A stretch of DNA of 64,000 nt, from the NCBI RefSeq assembly GCF_006345805.1, contig NC_043004.1, positions 310,001 to 374,000 of the forward strand, in the 5' to 3' direction. This DNA is from Octopus sinensis. Its lineage: Eukaryota. Positions 11,806-24,939 of the stretch are shown piece after piece. The position numbers were made by a program, and so were the translations under genes. The notes beneath the pieces were generated by a model. It had not been told where the DNA came from and did no database searches. It worked only from the letters and a program-made list of their open reading frames with translations. The stretch's first letter is position 1. Each line of letters opens with the position of its first letter.

Positions 11806-12339
11806 ATAAAAGATAAAAGAATACATACGTACGTACATGCATATATACATACATATGTATGTATGACATATATATATATATATATATATAATATATATAT
11901 ATATATATTATTATATTACATACATATATATATGTGTGTGTGTGTGTGTGTGATATATAATATATATATATCATATTCATATTTATATTTTATATTTATA
12001 TTTTATATTTCAAGCCCTGCGCTGTCAGGTCACCAATGTACCACAGCCTGCATATGCAGGGATCCGATGACACTGCAATCCCAGATTCACAGGTTCTGTG
12101 TGTGTAATAATGCATCATTTTATCTGCAAATTGCCAGCAGGGAAGAAAAGTGGAGAGAACTGTCGGGACGGATGTTCCTGTCCTTCAGAAGTGACGAGAA
12201 AGTGATGCTGACCCTGTGAAGGATCTTTGTTCTCAGCTATAGTAAAAAGTACTTGCCGGAGATGTCATGCAGTGGGATTGAACCCAGAACCACGTGGTTG
12301 GGAAGCAAACTTCTTACCACGCAGCCGTATTTACTATAT

Positions 12340-12660
12340 AAACTAAATACATACATACATACGCGCGCACACATTTATGTATACATACATACAGACACGC
12401 AGACAGACACACACACACATAAACACATACATACATACGCACATACGCACATACGCACATACACACATGCACACATACACATATACATACATACACACAC
12501 ACATACATACACACATACATACGTACATACACGCATACATACATACATAATACATACATACATACATACATACACACACATACATACATACATACATACA
12601 TACATACACACATACATACACACATACACACACTCACATATACACACACACGCACCTACA
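12340..12660. repeat. (CA)/(CATA) compound microsatellite
   Basis: Directly visible. Confidence 0.95.
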
Positions 12661-13199
12661 TATCATTTAAACTTTGCTTAGTGAGTAATTCTTCGGTTGC
12701 CATTCGTATTCCTCGCATCGGTTAGATGCCTTCAAATCTAATTAATCATCGAGCTGGCATTATTCAGCATCGGTCGGTCTTAATATGACATAATTAGAAA
12801 AGAATGTTGAAAGCTATTATTAGCTCCGGGGATACTTTAGTCATTTTTCAACTCTATTTCATTAATTAACTAATTACGATGACTTTTTGGGTGGTCGATT
12901 CGTGTCGTCACCTAAATTATAAAATAGGTAGAGGGCATCGCAAGCCAGGGTTGGCTCCCTATAAAGTCGCTTATCTCTCAATTTTATAAGAAACAAATAA
13001 GTTCATATATTTAAGTTACGTAAGAACACAAAATTTCATTTATTCAGTTTTGCTTGAATATTATTTTTTTCGATAAATGAAAGGAGCAAATCTTATCGAC
13101 TTAGGCTCATAAATTATATTGTATTTAGTGAATTTCCCTTTCTTGAAGAACGAATGTGTTTCTCACTATTTGGTATCTTTATTCTGATCTTGAGCAGAA

Positions 13200-13420
13200 C
13201 ATTGGTTAATATACTGATTGGTGCAGCTTGAAGAATCCGTCTTGCAGTTCTTTGCTGCTACATTCTAATGTCCGGAGCTGTGAACTCTCCACGCAGAAAA
13301 GTACCACCTCGAGCTGGCGAAATTCCTTGATCTCCGAGCTTCGCATCCTATTGAGTAACTTCACACCAGACATCCTTCGAAGGAAATCCATTTTGACTGC
13401 TTATTCTTGGAAGTTGATGA
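13200..13420 (-). mobile_element. RTE LINE C-terminal fragment
   Basis: MDFLRRMSGVKLLNRMRSSEIKE...VESSQLR resembles the RTE EMxFLRRIxG...IERSQLRW region. Confidence 0.75.
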
Positions 13421-15009
13421 AGAGAAACATTTAAGTTACCGCTACTGTTGTTGTTATCAAGCAGAGCTATGAGCAAACGGTTTCCAGCCATGACAACCCT
13501 GTCTGTTTATGTATTAGGGCAATTTAACCCTCTTTGTTTCAGATGACAGAATTATGGTTGTTAATCTATGACTCACTGGAGATTAAAACAAAAATATCAA
13601 CGACATGATTGGCGCTCTTCTCAAGGAAAATTCAAAATTACTGGCTTATTTTGCATTGACCATTCCAGTAAAAGGAGCAAAGAACTCATTACGATATTTT
13701 AACACCTTTTTCTCATAAGCGAGCTTTTTTCTTCCTTCTCAGTGAAAACCGCAGTGAAAAGCCTTTACACGTTCGAATATCTCTGAAACATTAGAATTAT
13801 TCTTAAGTCTGTACACTTTCTGCTACTGCCTCGTGCATATACTCACGTACTTGTTCTGTCCCGGCGGTCTATGCGCAGAATCGGTAGCTAATAGTAACTG
13901 AGATTTACAATATAGAAAGTTTCGCTTCCTAATCAGCACAGAGATGTCTCTCTTGGTATCTGGTACCGAAGAGAACAAAAGAGTTCAAAATGCATCCATC
14001 ATCAGTCCGACAGAGAACTCTCTGAACTGACCGAGGTATTTTAATGCCTTTTTTATCTTAAACGAGATATCTTCTTTTTTGTTTGTTTTTTTTTTTTTAC
14101 TCCAAGACAAATTTCAGCGAAAAGCTTTTACTGGCACAAATATTTCTCAAGCCAATTTCTGTCACTGCTTCGCACATCTATTCATGTATTTTACAGAATA
14201 TAGAAAAAATGTACAAAAAGCAAACAAACTATTACTTTCCTTGTTCTTTTGATCGCATTTGTACACTAAGAAAACGATAACGCATTTTTTAACGCTCAAT
14301 CGTGAATATAGATTTTTTTAATTTTAAATTATATTCTCTAAATATAGATATCCGTTGCGTTCGAGATCCAATTCGACAGGGTGTAATTTGATGCCGATTT
14401 CACTGCTATCTCTAGCAGATTAAGCAACCGCAGAGATGCGCCCCTGTTGGTTCATTTATAAAAGAAAACTAGATAATACTCTATTTGTGTCGAACCAATC
14501 GATCGTGTTATTACATACAGCTTGCACAAAAGAGCGTGTTTCCTATAACAAAGTTGGCTTTTTTTTTATCTAAATAGCTTATGACAACAGTTATTTTTTT
14601 TTGTTTTGTTCATAACTTTTTGCTCTTCGTTCGCTTCTTTATTTCTTTCCCTTCAATTATTTCTATGTTTTTCGTTTTTCAGCGGAAAGTCTGCATTTTT
14701 GAAATGATTGTCTGTGTTTTATGAATTCACAAGTTAAAAACAAAACGAACCCATAATTGTTCTTAAATGTTTCACACTAGTCGTTGACTGTAAGCCCGAG
14801 GTCTGAGTCGTTAACTCAGTGGGAGATTTTCGAAGTATTTTTTCTCTCGAAGGAAACACGCCAAGTTAACCAAGATAAAATTGTTTGGAGGTCCCCACTC
14901 ACATGTCAAATGCAGACGTTCCTGCTTTCGTTTTTGCTTTCTTTTCTTTTCGTTTGTCAGTCTTTTTTTTTTTTTTTAGCTATTTACCCTTTATATTTCT
15001 TCGTTCTTA

Positions 15010-15220
15010 TACTTAGTTTCTTCTTCTCTCACTTCTTCTCTTCTTCTTCTTCTTCTTCTTCTTCTTCTTCTTCTTTTTGTTCTTCGTCTTCTTCTTTTTC
15101 TTCTTCTTCGTCTTCTTCTTCTTCTTCTTCTTCGTCTTCTTCTTTTTCTTCTTCTTCTTCTTCTTCTTCTTCTTCTTCTTCTTCTTCTTCTTCTTCTTCT
15201 TTTCTCTTCTTCTTCTTCAG
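15010..15220. repeat. (CTT)n pyrimidine tract
   Basis: Directly visible. Confidence 0.95.
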
Positions 15221-15971
15221 AACACTGAAGAGGGTCGAAGCAAAGTAACTGCTGAACTAGATGCTTTATTGTAAGTACCAACAATATGGCTGCGGGAAGC
15301 GCCTCAAGGGAGTGTTCTATATTCTAAATAACAAATAGACACGCACACGTATAATACAGAGAGTTGAATATTTTCGATTAACTGAGACTATTCGTTCAGT
15401 CTGAAGACAAAAGCAACAAGCAAGAACGATAACTCCAATGATATTGACAAACATTTTGGGAAAAGAAAGACATCGCAGGCGGAAGTGAATCTTGTCTTCA
15501 GTGCTAATTAGTGAAAGCAACGGACATCCTTCGATAATGTTAGAACACCGAACTAGACATAATTTAGTATGGAACCGTTCCACTCGCTGTTAATACTTTT
15601 GAGAAAAAAGATTAACGTTTTTCTTACATTGATACCAGTCACGTGGCCGCAGCCATGATGGTATTTTAGTTTGCCGAGCAACCTGCGTAGTGAATTTTAT
15701 TATAGTTGGAACGGTTTGTGCAGAACTGGTCTAACTCTCTCGTTCTTCAAACTTGTATTGGTCTGGTACAATAAATTCCACGAGCCCAGTAGCTAACAGA
15801 ATGCAGAATCTGTATGGAGTTATCTTTTCTTAGATGAGCTGCTAAAGTGCTGAAGGGCCTCAGCAACCCGGTGTCTGTTGGGGTGTTTGTGAGTGACTTT
15901 CTTCAAGAGGCAATTCCGAGACGTGCCAGCTAACCATAGCTAGGGTCCTGGCAGATGTTACTTGTCTGGGT

Positions 15972-16653
15972 CGCGAATTTTTTTCCTACGAGAGTTCCGA
16001 ACCCCAGTAATGAACTCATTTGCATACAACCAATCAGAGCTCACCTTGAAAATCCACAGACTGTGTACGACTACAGTACAGCCAGTCAGTCATAGAATAG
16101 TGCATGTCACTCTGTGAGTACCGCATAGCAGGTCTCACATAAGCACCACATTGCCCCCTCCTCCATCCTCATAGATCAATTGAGCCCCATCTCTACATTG
16201 AGCTAAGATTAGGTACCTATGCTCAGACTGAGATTAGTGATACTGCATGTGACCATTGATATATGCAAGGAGGGCGCAATACGACACAACGCCATATTGA
16301 TTACGATGTTTACAGATCAACACCAACAATTTAAATTAGGAATATACAAAATTAGTCAAAAAATTAGGAAACTACACTCATTTACATTTTCTTAGTAAAA
16401 TTACGCAAATTGGCAACACTTATGGCATCATCGGTGAGCAGCTCTCCATTCACTTTATACACTAAATTTCACATTTGCTACACCTATTAACACGTTTAGA
16501 ACAGTTGGATTTTGTTCTAAGGCACATTTTCCGCTGAATTCAACTAAAGTATTTTCGTGACTAGGCGGACACTAGATAGTTGAGCTCTGATTGGCTGTAT
16601 GCAAATGAGTTCATAATAGGGGTCCGGAACTCTCGTGGGAAAAAAATTTCGCG
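15972..16653. mobile_element. Non-autonomous TIR element with about 72-bp inverted arms
   Basis: 15972-16043 is the reverse complement of 16581-16653 with several mismatches; no clean TSD seen. Confidence 0.75.
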
Positions 16654-16776
16654 TCCGGGTCAGAACAGAGCTGGGAACAATAACGTCCTAGACGCGCTTC
16701 CACACTACTCAAAACACTATAACTCCCGATTCAGGGTCCCACTAATGGATGCAGTTTAAAAACCAACATTATATTC

Positions 16777-17041
16777 ATTTCTTTATTGCCCAGAGGAGTT
16801 AAACATAGAGGGAACAAACAAGGACAGACAAAGGGATTAAGTTGATTACATCGACCCCAGTGCGTAACTGGTACTTATTTAATCAACCTCGAAAGGATGA
16901 AAGGCAAAGTCGACCTTGGCGGAATTTGAACTCAGAACGTAACGGCAGACGAAATACCTATTTCTTTTCTACCCACAAGGGGCTTAATACAGAGAGGACA
17001 AACAAGGACAGACAAACGGATTAAGTCGATTATATCGACCC
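16777..17041 (-). mobile_element. SINE family B tandem (one unit plus the 3' part of another)
   Basis: Same sequence and junction as 4720-5135. Confidence 0.85.
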
Positions 17042-17051
17042 CTGTCTAGAG

Positions 17052-17719
17052 CAGCGTTTCTCAACCGGGGTTCCCTGGAATCCTAAGATTCTGCAAAAGG
17101 TTCCTATGGGTTCTGTGAGAAAGAGTGAGATAAGCTAATATCAATTTCCTGGTCCTAATATTTCTGTACATGTACAACATATTATTGGTTATTGTGTGGA
17201 GGCGCAATGGCCCAGTGGTTAGGGCAGCCGACTCGCGGTTTCGATCTCCATACCGGGTGTTTTGAGTGTTTATTGAGCGGAAACACCTCCACGATGCTCC
17301 GGCAGGCGGTGGTGGCGAACCCTGCTGCCTTCTTTCACCACAACTTTCTCTCACTCTTTCTCCCTGTTTCTGTTGTGCCTGTATTTCAAAGGGCCAGCCT
17401 TGTCACACAGTGTATCACGCTGAACCTCCGTTATGGGTACACGTGTCTGTGTAGTCCTCAGCCACTTGCACGTTAATTTCACGAGCAGGCTGTTCCGTTG
17501 ATCGGATCAACTGGAACCCTTATCGTCGTAACCTACGGAGTTCCACCAATTGGTTATTGTAATATTGTAATATAGACATCATCCTATCTAACTTATTATA
17601 TCATTTAAAAAACATAACAATCATATATATATGTGTGTGTGTGTGTGTGTACAGGGGTTCCTTGATACATCTAATTTATTCTAAGGGTTACACAAGGGTA
17701 AAAAGGTTGAGAAACATCA
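17052..17719. mobile_element. hAT-Charlie-type MITE interrupted by a SINE
   Basis: TIR cagcgtttctcaacc (17052) versus ggttgagaaacatca (17705-17719); left flank gtctagag fits the NTCTAGAN target preference; right TSD is degraded. Confidence 0.7.
17196..17548 (+). mobile_element. SINE family E (tRNA-derived) with 12-bp TSD
   Basis: A-box tggcccagtggtt, B-box-like ggtttcgatctcc; attggttattgt at 17184-17195 and 17549-17560. Confidence 0.85.
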
Positions 17720-17971
17720 TAACAAGAGGCTTCCCTTTTGCAAATCTCAGTTCGTCTAGCCGTAAAAAAATGCCATGGAGAAGGTACCAAAAAAGAATCA
17801 TCACTGAAATAACTGGAACATCACATAGATTTGAAATCCTGAATTCAACGACTCTTGATAGTAATGATTTCCACTGGGTCTTATTCTACGTAAGCTACTC
17901 AAAGATTAAGTCTTTGATGATGCCTCGGTAATTCAACTTGTCATGACAGTGCCAGTCATAGAAATCTGATT

Positions 17972-18445
17972 AAAAAGAGGGAGAGAAGGAGGAGAGGGAG
18001 GGAGGGAGATAAGAGGAAAGGAGGGAGAGAGAGAGGAGAGGGAGGGGAGAGGAGATGGAGAGGGAGAGGAGAGAGGAGAGGGAGAGGAGAGAGGAGAGGA
18101 GAGGGAGGGGAGAGGAGAGGGGGAGATAGAGGAGAGGAGAGGAGAGAGGAGAGGATAGGAGAGAGAGAGAGGGAGAGGGAGAGGAGAGGAGAGGGAGAGA
18201 GGAGAGAAAAGAGGGAGAGAGGAGGGGGGGGGAGGGGGGAGGGGGAGAGGGAGAGAGGGGAGGGAGAGAGGAGGGGGAGAGGGAGAGGAGAGGAGAGGGA
18301 GAGAGAGGGAGAGGAGAGGGAGAGAGAGGGAGAGGAGAGGGGAGGGAGAGAGAGAGAAGGGAGAGAAATTGAGAGAAAGGGGAGAGGGAGAGAGAGAAGA
18401 GAGGGAGAGAGAGATGAGAGAGAGAGGAGAGGGAGAGAGAGAAAA
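17972..18445 (+). repeat. Long almost pure purine (G/A) tract
   Basis: About 470 bp of GA/GGA/GGGA with very few pyrimidines. Confidence 0.95.
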
Positions 18446-19098
18446 CTGCATTGTGGAATATGAAAAGAAACTCGAAGTACATTATTTTATTTGATGGGTG
18501 AGATTACTTTTTGTTTTGTCATTTTTGTCTTTTTCTTGAACCCTAAGGCTCATCTAGCCGGTTACCCATTTTCCATAGCATACAAGGGCCAAAATTACAT
18601 TCCCTTGAACGGGACACCGGTCCGCTGCAACTTTGTGAGGAGGGGGACAACTCGTTTACATCGACCCCAGTACTTCACCTAGCAGGTATAAGAGGCAAAC
18701 GTAAAGAGCCGGAAGAAATGCTGCAAAGCATTTTGTCCGACATGCTAACGATACTGACAGCTTGCCACCATATTTTGGCTACACACTGCTAAATTCAGAA
18801 CCTGGAATCAAAATAATCGATTAGGTTATGATACTCATCATCGACCGCAATTAGGACGTGATGAGGGCTTATTTTTATTATTTTAATATTTTACGAAACA
18901 TTTTAACCAAAGAGATACAACTTTACAATTTGTAGCAATAAAATACGCAAAAATATTTTACTGAGAAGAAAAAGAAATCACCAGAGAAGTCAAATTGCAC
19001 TGAATTCACCGTATATATATATATATATATATAATATATATAATATATATATATGATATATATATATAGGATACATCTGTAATAATATATAATATATA

Positions 19099-19132
<34 letters not shown>

Positions 19133-19989
19133 TAATATATATATATATGTTGACATTTTTCTTTCAATTTTCTAACTGGCAAAATTCACTTACTTTTGCT
19201 TGTTGTTTCTTCCCCCATCATAAAGGCACTTGTATTCAGTTACTTCCGCCTTTGTTATAGCAGTAATAGTTGGCATTTTTAACATTCTTCTTTCGGTTGA
19301 TCATTCAGCAAATAATTAAAGCAAACATTGAACGTGTGGCATCAAAACCTAGTCGTTTGCTTAGTAAAAGTTGGCTGGCGCTGAACTACAAACAATGGTC
19401 CTAAAGGAGACAGGTATTGTCAAATACACACGGAATGTTTTTACTTCTTTTTTTTTTTTTTTTGTCTTTTCTACTATTTGCAGGGCTCGTTCTTCCCTTA
19501 AAGCTGCATCAACTAAACCAAAAGTAAACAGAAACGAACAAAAAAACAAAATCAAAATCAAATGTGTGAATCGAATTACTGTTTAAAGCTAATGTTGTTC
19601 CAGAAATTCTTCATGCTTATTTTTCGGGAACTTTTTACAGCTCGTCTCTCCCGCGTTGTCATAGAAGAATATTTCACTTAACCACTCTTCTTGACTTTTC
19701 CCAGGTAATATTTACACCTTGATGAATATTGCATATATGATAAAAGAACTACAGGTATTCTAAGTCGATAGGATGCCCCACTGACAAACGAGCAATCGAT
19801 TCTAGAAACGTTTCACTCGGTGCATCCAATTATAAAACCATGCGTGTGGATATGTATGTGTGTGCTTGTATGTAAAGTTTGGTGTGGTGAATGGTGTGAT
19901 AAACTCTCAGGTTGTGGTAACGGGGAGAACTGATGGTGGAAGTTTTAATGTTTACAACCATGATGCAATTCATAGGTAATCAACCGCAT

Positions 19990-20430
19990 ATTTCCTTTCA
20001 TGTTTGTATGAATGTAAAACTTTGTTTTTGCAGCTTGAGTAGGTATCCGTGTGAAGAGAGTGCTATTAGTACAGTTCTTTTCTCTGCTAGGCATAGCCTG
20101 CACCTCTTACTGTCATTGAAGTAATACTCGCACCTCTCTAGCCCTCTTCACCTCATGTAATCCATGGAGCTCTCCATCAACAACCATGCATCCCTAGTCA
20201 GGGCTGTACCTGTTCTTAAGTTATCACTCAATTCCTGCATGAAACTGATTAGTAAACTCGGCTGAAATGAATCTAAAATACTGTGTAGGATAAATATTAA
20301 TATAGCCACTCTTTTGACAAATATATGAGAGGCTATTTTTCTGACTCGTGGATTTTTAGACGACCGTGTATGGTGGATACATATTTCTCTTTTTAATTTA
20401 GAGTTAATTTTGGCCGCCCACCTGTTTGTT
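19990..20430 (-). mobile_element. Penelope-like GIY-YIG endonuclease C-terminal remnant
   Basis: Minus strand YFNDSKRCRLCLAEKRTVLI..GYLLK and KREICIHHTRSSKNPR..IASHI resemble the FKxRYxNH..SF and KRCxLCLxEK motifs; adjoins the assembly gap. Confidence 0.5.
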
Positions 20431-20457
20431 AGCAAGGTTACGAACGAAGGGCTCTTG

Positions 20458-20557
20458 NNNNNNNNNNNNNNNNNNNNNNNNNNNNNNNNNNNNNNNNNNN
20501 NNNNNNNNNNNNNNNNNNNNNNNNNNNNNNNNNNNNNNNNNNNNNNNNNNNNNNNNN
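20458..20557. other. Assembly gap (100 N)
   Basis: Directly visible. Confidence 1.
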
Positions 20558-20825
20558 AGAAATCTATAACTAGACCGTGTGGTTAAGATGCTTACACGAA
20601 GTGCCCGTGCGCTACAACTAGTACAAGTGTCTTCTACTATAACTCCGGGCCACTCGATGCCTTGTGAGTGAGTTTGACTGAGGGAAACTGTGTGAAGACC
20701 TTTCGTTCAACTAAACTAGTGCTTCTCAACTATTTTCTACCTATGGAACCCTCTTAATTTGGGGGGATCCTCCTAGCCATTCGATAATTACATTTTTATA
20801 AATAAACATTATTGGAAATTTTATT

Positions 20826-21210
20826 CTTTTACTTGTTTCAGTCATTTCACTGCGGCCATGCTAGAGCACCGCCTTTAAGTCGAACAAATCGACCCCAGGG
20901 CTTATTCTTTGTAAACCTAGTACTTATTCTATCGGTATATTTTGCCGAACCGCCTAAGTTTCGGGTACGTAAACACACTAACACTGGTTGTCAAGCTATG
21001 GTGGGGCGACAAACACAGACACACAAATACATACATACATACATACATATGACGGGCTTCTTTCAATTTCCGTCTACCAAATCCACTCACAAGGCTTTAG
21101 TTGGCTCAAGGCTATAGTAGAAGACACTTGCCTAATGTGTCACACAGTGGAACTGAACCTGGAACCATGTGGTTGGGAAGCAAGCTTCTTACCACACAGC
21201 TGCACCTGCC
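20826..21210 (-). mobile_element. SINE family A, near full length
   Basis: Reverse complement of the family A consensus from 3' tail to head. Confidence 0.85.
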
Positions 21211-21289
21211 TCATGTATAAAAAATGTTTAAATATTTCATGTACTGTGGAAATATAACCAATTTGTTGCAGACAAATTCTAACAACAAA

Positions 21290-21710
21290 ATCTTATAGTT
21301 CAAATTCCGCTGAGGTCGACTTTCCTCTTCATCCTTTCGGGGTTGTTAAATTAAGTACCAGTTGACGACTGGGGATCGATGTGATCGATTGTTTCCCCTC
21401 CCTAGAAAATCCTGCCTTGGCCTTAATAGAAAAGGATTATTATCATCATCATCATCATCATCATTATTATTTATTATATTATTATTATTTTATTATTATA
21501 TTATTATTATTATTATTATATATATTTTATTATGTTGGTGAGCTGGCAGAATCGGTTAGTATGCGGGCCGAAATGCTTGGTGGCATTTTGTCTGTCCTTA
21601 CGTTCTGATTCACATTCCACCAAGGTCGATTTTATCTTTCATCCTTTAGGGGTCGGGTCAATAAATTAAATACCATTCAAGTACTGGGGTCAGTGAGATT
21701 GACTCTCCTC
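21290..21710 (+). mobile_element. Two SINE family B copies separated by (CAT)/(ATT) repeats
   Basis: gttcaaattccgctgaggtcgacttt...aagtaccag at about 21298 and gagctggcagaatcggttag head at about 21540. Confidence 0.8.
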
Positions 21711-22044
21711 AAGGGCCATATGCATCCCGGTTGAAAACAGCTGGAGTAAACCGTTCAAGGAGAAATCTCAGCACGGCCGCTGTCCAATGAGTGAAACAAG
21801 TAAAAGATTAAAAACTACTACAACCAACCAACCAACACACACGCGCACACCGCACTACCTCCGTGACTACCACCCAATCACTGTCGAAAGAAGGAATCGA
21901 GAACCATGTGTTTGGCGAAGCTAAGTGCCAATGACAAATGGCCACGGTGGGAACGGAAGTGGAAATAACATCGTTAGAAACTCCATTGGAAGTCAATTGC
22001 GAAATCCACTCGGGCAAGATAAAATATCTGTTAGCAAATGGCCC

Positions 22045-22319
22045 TAATACCACCACCACAACCACCACCCCCACCACCCCCCACCCCCACCACAACCACA
22101 ACTACTACTACTACTACTGTTGTTACTAATGCTGCTACTAGTACCGTTATTGCTACTAATACCACTGTTACTACTACTACAACTACCACCACCACCACTA
22201 CTACTACCACCATCACCATCACCGCCACTACTACTAGTACTACTATTGTTACTAATACTGCTACTAGCACAATTATTGCTACTAATACCACTGTTACTAC
22301 TACTACAACTACCACCACA

Positions 22320-22350
<31 letters not shown>
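22045..22350 (+). repeat. ACT/ACC-rich repeat with an internal duplication of about 80 bp
   Basis: gttactaat(g/a)ctgctactag...attgctactaataccactgttactactactacaactaccacc occurs at about 22121 and 22249. Confidence 0.85.
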
Positions 22351-22353
<3 letters not shown>

Positions 22354-22879
22354 TAGGATGCGTATATAAATGCTGATGTTGGTGAAGATGTGAGCCAATA
22401 TTCAAAGAGGCTCTAACCATGACCACCTCGTCTATGTGTATCATACGTACTACATCATGAGCTTCGGACGTTATTTTAATGGTTGGATCGGTTTTAAGTG
22501 GGGGTAGGGAGATTTAGCCCCTATCTCTAGAAACAAGGCTGGATAGAAGCTCCCTGTCTTTGGTCCGCGTATATAGATGTAATTGTTGTTAGTGGCAGGA
22601 GTGTGGTGGTGAAGATGATGGTGGTGAAGGTGATGGTGGTGGTGGTGGTGGTGGTGGTGGTGATGGTGATGGTGGTGGAGGGGTGGGTGACCATTGTTTC
22701 GGCGGTTCTAGCAACGAGGCCAGCAATGAAAGGTAACATGGTGGTACAGCAGCGTAGCTCGGTGAGGCCAAAGGGGCAATCCATTCCGGGCAACCCTTTT
22801 GGGTCCGCCGCGTAAACCTCAATAGGATTATTGACTCGAAGAACGTGGTGGTCAATTAAATATACACACAGACAGTCCC

Positions 22880-22981
22880 ACTACGTGGCACGCAAGTATC
22901 TTCTTCTATTGCCTCAGGCCGACCAAAGCCTTGTGAGTGGATTTGGTAGACGGAAACTGAAAGAAGCCCGTCGTATGTATA

Positions 22982-23034
<53 letters not shown>

Positions 23035-23608
23035 ATATGGGTGCGTGTGTGTTTGTCCGTCTCTTTGTTCCCCACCATCGCTTGACAACCGATGTTGGTG
23101 TGTTTACGTCCCTGTAACTTAACGGTTCGGCAAAATAGACCGATAGAAGAAGTACTAGGCTTACAAAGAACAAGTCCTGGGGTCGATTTGCTTGACTAAG
23201 GGTGGTGCTCCAGTATGGCCGCAGTCAAATGACTGAAACAAGACTACAAGAAAGACATGCGCGTACTCACACACACACCACACACCACACACACACACCA
23301 CACACACACACACACCACAAACAGCGAATTATTTAGTTGAAAGGAATTCGCGTGTGTCTGGCGACCATTAATAAAACGGTTATGGATGAACGCTCTGACA
23401 GGAAACTTAACAGCTGACTTGACCAAATCCATTTTGACTTCGCTTTTAATTCTTACACTAACTTCAATTTGGAACTCTCTCTTTCCCTTTCTCTCTCTTC
23501 TCTCTCTCTCTCTCTCTCTCTCCTCGCCTTCACTCTCTCTCTCTCTTTCCTCTTTCACACTCTTTCTCCCTCTACACACATACACACGCATATATATACA
23601 CATACATA

Positions 23609-23664
<56 letters not shown>

Positions 23665-24560
23665 AGCATGCATACTTACACACATACTTCCTGCCAATCC
23701 AAACAAACTTTCTGTCTGTCTTCTTCACGTTGGGTTGGGTTTAATTGTCGCTTTTCTGCAGGAATTAGCACACTACAAGACGTTTTCACGCAAAAGGTTA
23801 AGAATTCCTACCGCTGTAAAGATGTTACACCAAGTCCTTAAAATATCACCGATTAAATTCCCACTTGCTTCTCCAGAACGGTTTTCAAGGAACTCACGCC
23901 AAAGCTAGGGAGTTCCAAACTTCCTATTTAGCACCAGAATGTTATTCGATGCCACAAAAGACGCGCGGGCAAATTAAACACACAGCTTGGCTGTGTGGTA
24001 AGAAGTCTGCTTACCAACCGCATGGTTCTAGGTTCGGTCCCACAGCGTAGCACCTTGGGTAAGTATCTTCTACTATAGCCTCGGACCGACCAAAACCTTG
24101 TGAATGGATTTGCTAGATGAAAACAGAGAGAAACCCGTTGTATGTATGTCTTTGTATCTGTTTGTCCCCCACTACCTCTTGACATCGGTGTTGGTGTGTT
24201 TGCGTCCCTATGACTTAGCGTTTTAGCCAAAGAGACCGATAGAATAAGTACCAGGCTTTAAAGAAATAAGTATTGGGGTTGATTCAACAAAAAAAGTCAA
24301 GGCGATGCCCCAGCATGGCCGTAGTCTAATGACTGAAACAAGTAAAAGCTAAAAGATATATAATTCTTTTTCCTAGTTGTTTCAGTGACTGAACTGTCCA
24401 ATCGGAGGGACCGCCTAGGAGGGTTTTGTCGAACAAATCGACCTTAGTCTGTTTTTCTTTTTTGTTTCTCTTTTACATCTGGTACTTGTTCTATCAAGCT
24501 CTCTTGCCAAGTTACGGGGCCATAAACAAATCAGCACCGGTTGCCGAGCGGTGGTGGAGA
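22880..24560. mobile_element. SINE family A cluster (+ 22880-23245, + 23985-24355, - 24370-24560)
   Basis: Each copy matches the family A body and/or the 3' ccagcatggcc..gactgaaaca end. Confidence 0.8.
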
Positions 24561-24939
24561 ATAAATACACACACATACACATAAAAGACATACACATTTT
24601 GAAACCCAGTGAAAAGAAATGACACTCCATTCTCAAGTTACTTCTGGGATTTGAAAAACTAAAGATACAGAATATCACCAAAAATGGAATATTTTACCTA
24701 AGGTGCACTCTTATTCTGAAATCTACAATCTCGGTAACCTCTAAATAGCCTAAAACAGCGATCCTCCGCTTTTTTGCATCATGGGCAGGTTTCATGCAAA
24801 ACAATTTTTCCACAAACCGGGGGATGACAGGCAAAACAAAACAACAAAGCGCATAATGTGTAATTTAATTATTACATATATAATATATATATATAAGTAA
24901 ATTTCCAAAAATTGTTAAGAGTGATATGTAATCGTAGCG

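Noticed and set aside
22592-22727. Gly/Asp-rich plus-strand frame between AG and GT
   Set aside because: Mostly (GGT)n microsatellite; splice sites are weak and chance-level
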